Under the pieces are notes generated by a model that was not told where the DNA came from, ran no database searches, and worked only from the letters and a program-made list of their open reading frames with translations. From Thermoanaerobaculia bacterium (GTDB lineage: Bacteria; Acidobacteriota; Thermoanaerobaculia; Multivoradales; UBA5704), in assembly GCA_036380715.1 (NCBI GenBank), contig DASVEF010000255.1, positions 6,535 to 70,534 on the forward strand: a stretch of DNA of 64,000 bases, given 5' to 3'. This document shows positions 56,245-63,140 of the stretch, piece by piece (positions within the stretch are counted from its first letter, which is position 1; every line of letters starts with the position of its first letter). The position numbers and the translations under genes are program-made.

Positions 56245-56322
56245 GGGCGATGCAGCAGTTCGCCGGCGAGCTCCAGTGGGCCACCGGCCGCACCAGTGGT
56301 TCTGCTTCCGGAAGGTGTGGAG
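56245..56322. repeat. Direct duplicate of the 3' end of the acyltransferase gene (partner copy 55461-55546)
   Basis: GGGCGATGCAGCAGTTCGCCGGCGAGCTCCAGTGGGCCACCGGCCGCACCAGTGGTTCTGCTTCCGGAAGGTGTGGAG aligns with GGGCGATGCAGCGGTTCACCGATGAGCTCCAGTGGGCCATCTCCCACCGGCCGCACCAGTGGTTCTGCTTCCGGAAGGTGTGGGAG. The differences are a 6-nt gap and a few substitutions. Confidence 0.85.
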
Positions 56323-56395
56323 AACAGATCCGGAAGGGCCTCCGGGGCAGCTCATTTCCTGATTGCAACTCCCGAGTGTCGGAGGACTCTTCCCC

Positions 56396-56652
56396 GGGGT
56401 CGGGAGAAGTCTTCCCAAGTCTCGGGATGGCCCTCCCTGGGGTCAGGAGAAGTCTTCCCGAGCCTCGGGACGGCTCTCCCTGGAGTCGGGAGAGGTCTTC
56501 CCGAGCTTCGGGACGGCCCTCCCTGGGGTCAGGAGAAGTCTTCCCGAGCTTCGGGACGGCTCTCCCTGAGGTCGGGAGAAGTCTTCCCGAGCCTCGGGAC
56601 GGCTCTCCCTGGGGTCAGGATGAGCTCTCCGGGCCTCGGGATGGCTTCTCCT
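56396..56652. repeat. Six tandem copies of a 43-bp hairpin-containing repeat
   Basis: Units start at 56396, 56439, 56482, 56525, 56568 and 56611, with a half unit at about 56375. The consensus is GGGGTCAGGAGAAGTCTTCCCGAGCCTCGGGACGGCTCTCCCT. Each unit holds the dyads CCCGAG-C-CTCGGG and TCTCCC-N7-GGGAGA. Confidence 0.9.
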
Positions 56653-56745
56653 GAGGCGACGCGGCCGGCGTCGCGGGCCTCATGGAGCCGGTTCTTGCGG
56701 GATCACGGCAGAGGTGGCAGAGTCGGCGCTAGGAGGGAGACGGCG

Positions 56746-57414
56746 ATGGCGATGTCGCGGCGAAGGATGATGCAGGCCCTGCTCGGGGCTGGCGCGGTGG
56801 TCCTTGGCGGTGGGGCGGCGGGCCTGGCTTGGCTCGACCAGAGGCTCACCTCGAAGAATCCCGTCAAGGATCCCCTCCCAGAGGGAAGCGGCGCGGCGCG
56901 GTCCCTGCCCCTGACGCCAGCCTGCAACGATGGCGACGAGGAACCCACGCCGTCTGTCATCGAGGGACCTTTCTATAAGCCGAACAGTCCCCAGAGGACG
57001 GTTCTGCGCGAGGCCGACACGGTGGGTACGCCTCTCGTCATCAAAGGACGCGTGCTGTCGCCGGACTGCGTACCCATCGCGGGAGCGGTGCTCGACTTCT
57101 GGAGCTGTGACGGCAAGGGCGTCTACGACAACGAGGGCTTCAGGCTCCGAGGACACCAGCTCACGGATGCGGCGGGCGTCTTCCGCGTCGAGACGGTGAA
57201 GCCGAGCGACTACAAGGATTTCGGAATTCACCGCACGCCCCACGTCCACGTGAGGGCGCAGGGACCCAGGACGGGCCTGCTGACCACGCAGCTCTTTTTT
57301 CCCGGCGAGCCCCTCAATGCCCAGGATTGGCTCCTCAAGGAGAGCCTGATCATGAACGTGGCGCGGTCCGGCGATGAATCGCTCGTCGCGAGGTTCGACT
57401 TCGTCCTAGCGTGA
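56746..57414 (+). CDS. Intradiol ring-cleavage dioxygenase-family protein, Tat-exported
   Basis: ORF 56296..57414 trimmed to the ATG at 56746, which follows AGGAGG. The Tat signal is MAMSRRRMMQALLGAGAVVLGG. IEGPFY, GRVLSPDCVPIAGAVLDFWSCDGKGVYD and HRTPHVHVRA match the intradiol dioxygenase core. Confidence 0.8.
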   Translation: MAMSRRRMMQALLGAGAVVLGGGAAGLAWLDQRLTSKNPVKDPLPEGSGAARSLPLTPACNDGDEEPTPSVIEGPFYKPNSPQRTVLREADTVGTPLVIKGRVLSPDCVPIAGAVLDFWSCDGKGVYDNEGFRLRGHQLTDAAGVFRVETVKPSDYKDFGIHRTPHVHVRAQGPRTGLLTTQLFFPGEPLNAQDWLLKESLIMNVARSGDESLVARFDFVLA

Positions 57415-57807
57415 GGCGGGTACGGGCCTCTTCCTTCTCATCAGGCCGTCGAGGCTCCACAGTCCTGATCCGCGAGCCGCGATGTAGAGGAAGGCGAAGC
57501 AGTAGAGCACCGCAGTCTCGCCCTGGTTCACGAGCGGCCAGAAGCCGTCCTTCGCATGAGCCATGAAGTAGGCGACGGCCATCTCACCGCTGGCGATGAA
57601 GGCGGCGATGCTGCCGAACAAGCCGACCGCGATCAGCAGACCTCCCAGAAACTCGATCCACCCCGCAGCCACGTACAGCGGCGCGCCCGCTTTCTGCCCC
57701 CCGAACATGCCGAAGAGCTTCTGGGCGCCGTGCGAGGCGAACAGCAGCCCGAAGATGATCCGGAACAGTGCGTAGATAGGCTCTGTAAAGCGTCCTAGGA
57801 ATCCCAT
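57406..57807 (-). CDS. DoxX-family membrane protein
   Basis: IFGLLFASHGAQKLFGMFGG..WIEFLGGLLIAVGLF is the DoxX pattern, with 4 TM helices. Confidence 0.85.
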   Translation of the reverse strand: MGFLGRFTEPIYALFRIIFGLLFASHGAQKLFGMFGGQKAGAPLYVAAGWIEFLGGLLIAVGLFGSIAAFIASGEMAVAYFMAHAKDGFWPLVNQGETAVLYCFAFLYIAARGSGLWSLDGLMRRKRPVPASR

Positions 57808-57903
57808 GAGACACCTCCCTTTCTGTGGCCGTCGGCCTGTCTCTGGCGCAAGCGGCCCCCTACCGCCGGGGGCAGCAATTCGCGTGCCGGTGCCGGTGCC
57901 GGA

Positions 57904-58722
57904 TCACGCCGTCAGGTAGGTGTTGACGGTCCCCCGCAGCAGCTCCTCGCCGTCCTCTCCCTTCACCGCGACCTCGTAGACCGACAGCGGCGGAGCGCTG
58001 CCGCTCAGGCGGACGGTGAAGGGGAACGGCCGGCGGGCGGGTAGGGAGGGGGTGCGGAACCGGGCGTTCCGGATGCCGACCAGGTAGCCGATCCTGGGGC
58101 CTGCGCTCTCCTTCCGGCTCAGCGCTTCCAGCACCGCGGCGCCCTGGGCGGCGGCCTCCAGCCCGACGAAAGCGGGGGCGAGGCCTCCTTGGACAAAGGG
58201 GTTGTCCGGCGGGATCTCGGCGATTCCGGCGAGGCTTTCCGCGGTGGCTTCGAGGACGTCCCGGACGAGCCGCGCCGGCGGAGCATGAGGGATCAGCCTG
58301 GGGTTGAAACCCCCAGGCTGGGCTGTGTCGCCCTGCGGGCGAGGATCGGGGGGGGGAGTCGCTCCTTGGAGCGAAACAACCCAGCCTGGGGTTTCAACCC
58401 CAGGCTGGCCCAGGCGCAGAACGCCGTTGCTGACCGGCTCTTCCCCCCGGCGCAGCTCGAAGCGGAGGACGCCGTCCTCGCCCGGCTCGTTGAGCCGCAG
58501 GTCGAGGACGTCTCCCGGATGGACCGGGTTGCGCAGCTTGAGGGTGGAGATCTCCGCGACCGGGGCTCCGCCGGCCGCCAGGGCGAGGTGGGCGATGCCG
58601 GGGAGGATCGGGTGGCCGGGGAAGTGGCCGGCGAAGAAGGGGCTTGCGGCCGGGATCTCGAAGCGGAGCCGGAGGCGGCCGTCCGGCTGCCGATCGGAGC
58701 CTTCCAGCCGGGGGAAGATCAT
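57904..58722 (-). CDS. Double hot-dog (FabA/FabZ-like) dehydratase
   Basis: ORF trimmed to the ATG at 58722, which overlaps the upstream stop (ATGA). The first hot-dog has FFAGHFPGHPILPGIAHLAL. The second hot-dog is GYLVGIRNARF... The two are joined by a linker encoded by a palindromic repeat element. Confidence 0.85.
   Translation of the reverse strand: MIFPRLEGSDRQPDGRLRLRFEIPAASPFFAGHFPGHPILPGIAHLALAAGGAPVAEISTLKLRNPVHPGDVLDLRLNEPGEDGVLRFELRRGEEPVSNGVLRLGQPGVETPGWVVSLQGATPPPDPRPQGDTAQPGGFNPRLIPHAPPARLVRDVLEATAESLAGIAEIPPDNPFVQGGLAPAFVGLEAAAQGAAVLEALSRKESAGPRIGYLVGIRNARFRTPSLPARRPFPFTVRLSGSAPPLSVYEVAVKGEDGEELLRGTVNTYLTA
58294..58408. repeat. MITE-like 115-bp element with palindromic ~27-bp termini, inside the dehydratase linker
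   Basis: The left end is CAGCCTGGGGTTGAAACCCCCAGGCTG (58294-58320). The right end is CCAGCCTGGGGTTTCAACCCCAGGCTGG (58381-58408). The two are reverse complements of each other and each is itself a 10-bp-stem hairpin. Confidence 0.75.
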
Positions 58723-60035
58723 CCGTAGGAGGCGGCTTCGCCGGAGGTCTCGACCGCGGTGGCTGGATTTTCCAGCAGCGAGAAGCGCTCGCGCCGCGGG
58801 ACCAGGGGGAGGTGGCGGTTGAGCCAGACGAAGAAGCCGAGCAGGCGCAGGCGCCAGCGCAGTGCGAAGGCCGGGCGCGGAAAGACGTTGCCCGCCAGGA
58901 TCGAGAGCGCCGCCCGGTGCACCTGGAGCGGCCCTTCGCCGTTCAGGAACAGCTCGCGGAACGAGTGGTCGTAGTACAGGTCGACCAGCTTGAAGAAGGC
59001 CGACGAGCTGTCGTCGACGTAGCGGATGTACCGCTCGCGCACGCGCGCCGGGTCCGCCCCGCTGCATAAGATCTCGACGATCCCCCGGCCGGCCTCCGCG
59101 CCGCTCATCATTCCCATGCAGACGCCGGTCGAGAAGATCGGATCGATGAAGGTGGCGGCGTCGCCGAGCAGGAAGTAGCCCGGGCCGGCGTAGGGCGCGC
59201 ACCGGTAGCTGAAGTCCGCGGCGACGTGGGTGCTCTCCGGGAAAGCCGCGCCGGCGGTGCGCTCGCGCATCGTCGGACAGCGGTGGATCCCCCAGAGGAG
59301 CATCTGATCGGCAGGGAGGCCGACTTCGCGCGCCTTGTCGGCGTCCATCACAAGGCCGATGCTCGTCCGCGTCTCGTCGAGCGGGATCGACCAGAACCAC
59401 CCCTCCTCGCACATGATGATGACCGGGAATCCGCCTTCGAGCCCGGGCCGCCGGTAGGCGTTGTCGAAATGGCCGAAGTACGCGATCTTGCGGTGCTGGG
59501 GCATCATCCGGCGGATCCCCAGATGTTTGCCCAGCAGCGTCGACTGGCCGCTGGCGTCGAGCAGGAAGCGGGCGGAGATCTCCCCCTCGTCCGTGGCGAT
59601 CTCGACGCGTCCGTCTTCCAGACGCAGGATCTTGCGCACGGCGCAGCTCTCGCTGACCTCGGCGCCGGCCTCGCGCGCGGCGTCGAGGAGCATGCTGTCG
59701 AAGGGGGCGCGCTCGACGTTCCAGGCCTGGGTCTCGGCCTTGAGGAGACCTTGGTAAAACCAGAACAGCGCCGGGCCTTCGCCGTGGCCCATCACGAACT
59801 CCGCGCCCCGCTTGTCGATCGTGGTGATCTTGTCGATCCAGGGCTCCAGGCCCAGCTCGCGGAACAGAACCTTGTTGCGCGGCAGCAGTGACTCGCCGAT
59901 GTGGAAGCGCGGGAAAGCCGAGCGCTCCAGGACCTTCACCCGCAGGCCCGCGCGAGCCAGGACCAGCGCGGCGGTGGCCCCGGCGGGGCCGCCCCCGATC
60001 ACGACCGCGTCATGGGTGGGAGCGGAGGGTGTCAT
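58719..60035 (-). CDS. Flavin-dependent halogenase-like FAD oxidoreductase
   Basis: The FAD fold is DAVVIGGGPAGATAALVLARAG. GWFWSIPL matches the WxWxIP motif typical of flavin-dependent halogenases. The start overlaps the upstream stop (ATGA). Confidence 0.8.
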   Translation of the reverse strand: MTPSAPTHDAVVIGGGPAGATAALVLARAGLRVKVLERSAFPRFHIGESLLPRNKVLFRELGLEPWIDKITTIDKRGAEFVMGHGEGPALFWFYQGLLKAETQAWNVERAPFDSMLLDAAREAGAEVSESCAVRKILRLEDGRVEIATDEGEISARFLLDASGQSTLLGKHLGIRRMMPQHRKIAYFGHFDNAYRRPGLEGGFPVIIMCEEGWFWSIPLDETRTSIGLVMDADKAREVGLPADQMLLWGIHRCPTMRERTAGAAFPESTHVAADFSYRCAPYAGPGYFLLGDAATFIDPIFSTGVCMGMMSGAEAGRGIVEILCSGADPARVRERYIRYVDDSSSAFFKLVDLYYDHSFRELFLNGEGPLQVHRAALSILAGNVFPRPAFALRWRLRLLGFFVWLNRHLPLVPRRERFSLLENPATAVETSGEAASYG

Positions 60036-60715
60036 GCCTCCTCACGCTCCAGCAGGTAAGTCCAGCGGCCGGGGTAGGCTTGCCGGCGCGTCAGCCGGAA
60101 GCGCCGCTCGAGGAGCGGCGACGAAATCCAACCCTCGGCGTCTGGCTGGAGCAGGCGGTACACTCCGGCTTCGAGGGTGCGGATCTCGAACTGGAGCCCT
60201 TTCTTGCGGGCGTCCACGAGCCACAGCTCCGGCACTCCGGCGGCGGCGTAGCGCTCCGGCAGGCGCTTGCGGTCCTTGCGGACCGAGCTGTCGCTGATGA
60301 CCTCCACCACCAGGTCCGGCGCTCCTTCGAGCTCGACGTACCGCCCAGGCTCCCCCTTGGCCGAAGGGATCTCCTTGACCTGGCCGCGTTCGAGCGATCC
60401 CCAGAAGAGGACCACCACGTCAGGCTCGGCCGAGAGGTCGGCCTGCGGCGAGCTCACACGCGACCGGTCGCTCACCACGTACCCGAGGCCCGGTCGGTCC
60501 ACGAGGAGATGGAGCTCCGATACGATGGCTGTCTTCACAGTCCCGTGGGTATAGAGATCCTCGGGGCTCATATCGATCTCCAGGTCCCCTGCCAGGAAAT
60601 CGATGCGCCCGTGCTCCGGGAATGTCCTGGACTGCGCCCAGGCGCGGAAGCCTTCGAGCCGGAAGGCCTTCGCGGGGATATGCAGCGTTTCGTAGGGCGG
60701 TATGATTTTTCCCAT
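60032..60715 (-). CDS. Uma2-family (DUF820) endonuclease
   Basis: ORF trimmed to the ATG at 60715. APDLVVEVISDSSVRKDRKRLPERYAAAGVPELWLVD is the PD-(D/E)XK Uma2 signature. Confidence 0.8.
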   Translation of the reverse strand: MGKIIPPYETLHIPAKAFRLEGFRAWAQSRTFPEHGRIDFLAGDLEIDMSPEDLYTHGTVKTAIVSELHLLVDRPGLGYVVSDRSRVSSPQADLSAEPDVVVLFWGSLERGQVKEIPSAKGEPGRYVELEGAPDLVVEVISDSSVRKDRKRLPERYAAAGVPELWLVDARKKGLQFEIRTLEAGVYRLLQPDAEGWISSPLLERRFRLTRRQAYPGRWTYLLEREEA

Positions 60716-60752
60716 CGAAATCTCGCCTCGGCGCTCAAGGTACCACACCGCC

Positions 60753-60974
60753 TCACCACCGGAAGACCTCCTCCAGCGAGGAGGCGTTGAGCAGGCGTTC
60801 GCCCCAGGCGAGCAGCCTTTCCGGGGGCGCCAGCTCGATCCGCATGCGGTCATGGGTGGCGAGCGGTCCGAACTTCCGTTCCGTCTGGCGGAGGAGCAGC
60901 TCGGCTCCTCCCTGTCTGCGGCCTTCCTCCTGCCACTGCCGGGTCCAGTCGAGGACCGTGTCCTGTCTCCTCAT
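60753..60974 (-). CDS. Stand-alone DUF4351-like domain protein (likely remnant of an Rpn-type gene)
   Basis: WQEEGRRQGGAELLLRQTERKFGPLATHDRMRIELAPPERLLAWGERLLNASSLEEVF parallels the C-terminus of the Rpn-type protein at 31399-32442. Confidence 0.6.
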   Translation of the reverse strand: MRRQDTVLDWTRQWQEEGRRQGGAELLLRQTERKFGPLATHDRMRIELAPPERLLAWGERLLNASSLEEVFRW

Positions 60975-61037
60975 GGGGCAACTTCCTCCTTGCCCCTATA
61001 AAGAACGGAAAACGGGTCCGGAACCTTGCGAGAATTT

Positions 61038-62201
61038 TCAGCCGGCGCCGGGCGCCGGGGCCATCGGCATGGCCGGCTGGGGCGTTCCGGTGCTCGCGGG
61101 GACAGCCAGCGCGCCGCTGGAGCGGACCATCAGGGCCAGGGCCTGGGTCGGGCTCAGCGACGGGTGCTTGCGCACGGACAGGGCGATCTGCCGCACGCTC
61201 GCGCGCACGTCCTCGCCCGCCAGGGCGTAGACCTGGTCGAGCTCTTCCAGGCCGCTCATGTAGATCCGGTTGGAGATCAGGCGGGCGTTGTTGAGCGGCC
61301 TGCGGGCGAGCCGGCTTCCAGAGTAGACCTCCAACTCGCGGTCGAGGCGGCCGGTCAGGGTGGCGCGGGCGCGGGCGAAGAGGGCTTCGCGCCGGGTCTC
61401 CAGGGCATGGTCCGGGAGCCGCGACTCGTAGAGGGCTTTGAGACTGCGCTCCAGCCGGACATAGAAGGCGGCCAGGCGCTTTTCGTCCCGCCACATGGCG
61501 GCGCAGCGCACGGCCGTCGCGTGGTCGCCCCGGCTGGCGAAGAAGGTCTCGGCGCCGCGGAAGCCGACGAAGTTCGCGTAGCTCTCGTTGAAACGGGCGT
61601 CGCCCGGCACCCAGAGCGTGTTGTGCGCGATCTCGTGGATCACGGTCACCACCAGCTCCGCCGGATCGCCGTCCAGCGCCGTCGAGAGGAGCGGATCGTC
61701 GAACCAGCCGAGGGTCGAGAACGCTCCCGACGGCCGCAGGTAGGTGTCGTAGCCCAGCCGGTCCAGCCGCCGTTGCTCGGCGCGGGCGGCCTCTTCGTCG
61801 AAGAAGCCCTTATAGGGGATGGCGCCAACCACCGGGTAGCGCCAGCGGTAGGCCGCCAGCCGGTAGCGCGGGCTGGCCGAGAGGACTTCCAGCAGCTTGC
61901 CGGTGCCGACGTCCGAGAAGGTGGTGTAGGTGTTCCCCGCCTCCAGGCCCAGCCGCTCGGCGGCGAAGGCGCGCGTTGCGAGCACCAGCTCGAACTGGGC
62001 GCGGCGCTCCGGCGGGGTCGCGGGGTCCGCGATCAGCTCTTCGAGCGGGCGCCGCTTGAGCAGGATGCCGGCCTCTTCGTAGCCAGCCCGCAGCACGAAG
62101 CGGGCCTCCGCGCTGACCGCCAGCAGGACGGCGAGAGCCAGGACCGAGAGGATCAGGCCGCGGACGAGGATTCTTCTAGTAGAGCGCAACGGTGGTTCCA
62201 T
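61038..62201 (-). CDS. Putative zinc aminopeptidase (DUF2265 / Aminopep family)
   Basis: YKGFFDEEAARAEQRRLDRLGYDTYLRPSGAFSTLGWFDDPLLST and VIHEIAHNTLWVPGDARFNESYANFVG (HExxH) match this family. There is an N-terminal TM/signal segment. Confidence 0.8.
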   Translation of the reverse strand: MEPPLRSTRRILVRGLILSVLALAVLLAVSAEARFVLRAGYEEAGILLKRRPLEELIADPATPPERRAQFELVLATRAFAAERLGLEAGNTYTTFSDVGTGKLLEVLSASPRYRLAAYRWRYPVVGAIPYKGFFDEEAARAEQRRLDRLGYDTYLRPSGAFSTLGWFDDPLLSTALDGDPAELVVTVIHEIAHNTLWVPGDARFNESYANFVGFRGAETFFASRGDHATAVRCAAMWRDEKRLAAFYVRLERSLKALYESRLPDHALETRREALFARARATLTGRLDRELEVYSGSRLARRPLNNARLISNRIYMSGLEELDQVYALAGEDVRASVRQIALSVRKHPSLSPTQALALMVRSSGALAVPASTGTPQPAMPMAPAPGAG

Positions 62202-63030
62202 CCGTGAAGCGGCAGGCGGGTTGTGGGGTGTGGCGAGGGACTCCGAAGAGACGGTACTCCTCCGCGCCGATCAGAGGGAGCCGCAGGCGGCGCCACGAGG
62301 GCTCCGCGGGCTGACCCAGCGTCAGCGTCCAGTGCGAAAGGATGTGATCCCATGCCTTGCGTCTCCAAAACATCCGGAAGTGGATGGGATCGATCCCGTA
62401 CCAGTCGGCCTGAGGCGCCACAAGGCAGAGCTGATGCTCCTCGGCCAGACGGCGCAGCCGGCCGTCCAGCTCGCGCGCTCGGGCCAGGAGCGTCCGCCAG
62501 GGAACCCCGCGACCAGGGAACAAGATTGATCTTGCAGCATGATAGCGGAAGACCGAGACCTTCTCAATACTGATCATCGGCAACGGCGTGCAGATCGTCT
62601 CCGCCCCATGGCGCAGCAGGCGCTCCAGGCACTCCCGGACCCAGCCGGCGATCGTCTCCGCCGTCTCTCCATAGAGGAGGTCGTTGCCGACGTCGGTGAT
62701 CAGCGCAATGGAGCGCAGGGGAGGTCGTTTTTCCAGATCAGCCCAGAGGCCGCAGCGCGTGATGCCGGGCAGAGAGCGCGCGCCGAAGAAGATGCGGCTC
62801 CGCTTGCCGTAGGAGCGGCCGTGGCCGCAGGCGGCGAGCACCTCGACGGGGCCGCCGGCCGCGTGCCGCAGGCGGCCGACGATACGCGGGAGCGACATCT
62901 TCAGGTTGCTGGCGCCGAGGAGGACGGCGCGCAGGGCGGGCGTCTGGTGAGCGTACGACATCTGGACGAAGACCTGGCCTTCTCGATACGACATACGTAG
63001 GAAGGCCGGGTTCCGTCCAGGGGCCCTCAC
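62176..63030 (-). CDS. SGNH/GDSL-like hydrolase-family protein (weak call)
   Basis: VLLGASN and TDVGNDLLYG resemble SGNH blocks I and III. The GTG at 63030 lies inside REP copy R6, so the real start is more likely ATG 62994 or 62961. It overlaps the downstream gene by 26 nt. Confidence 0.55.
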   Translation of the reverse strand: MRAPGRNPAFLRMSYREGQVFVQMSYAHQTPALRAVLLGASNLKMSLPRIVGRLRHAAGGPVEVLAACGHGRSYGKRSRIFFGARSLPGITRCGLWADLEKRPPLRSIALITDVGNDLLYGETAETIAGWVRECLERLLRHGAETICTPLPMISIEKVSVFRYHAARSILFPGRGVPWRTLLARARELDGRLRRLAEEHQLCLVAPQADWYGIDPIHFRMFWRRKAWDHILSHWTLTLGQPAEPSWRRLRLPLIGAEEYRLFGVPRHTPQPACRFTDGTTVALY

Positions 63031-63128
63031 CCCCTAACCCCCTCTCCCGATGGGAGAGGGGGGACCCGAATCGATGCTGGCGTTTTTCTCCCCCTCTCCC
63101 ATCGGGAGAGGGGGCCGGGGGGTGAGGG
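63024..63128. repeat. REP-like composite palindromic element (copy R6)
   Basis: CCCTCACCCCCTAACCCCCTCTCCCGATGGGAGAGGGGGG, a spacer, then CCCCCTCTCCCATCGGGAGAGGGGGCCGGGGGGTGAGGG. Confidence 0.8.
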
Positions 63129-63140
63129 CTCGCGGAAGGC

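Noticed and set aside
56396-56652. The possibility that the 43-bp periodic array is a CRISPR array.
   Set aside because: The units are directly adjacent with no unique spacers and the whole period is the repeat. No cas genes or leader are present in the window.
56296-56745. The N-terminal 150-aa extension of the dioxygenase ORF (56296..57414) that would translate the 43-bp repeats.
   Set aside because: The repeat period is not a multiple of 3. The same peptide appears in all three frames. A strong AGGAGG plus ATG followed by a Tat signal occurs at 56746.
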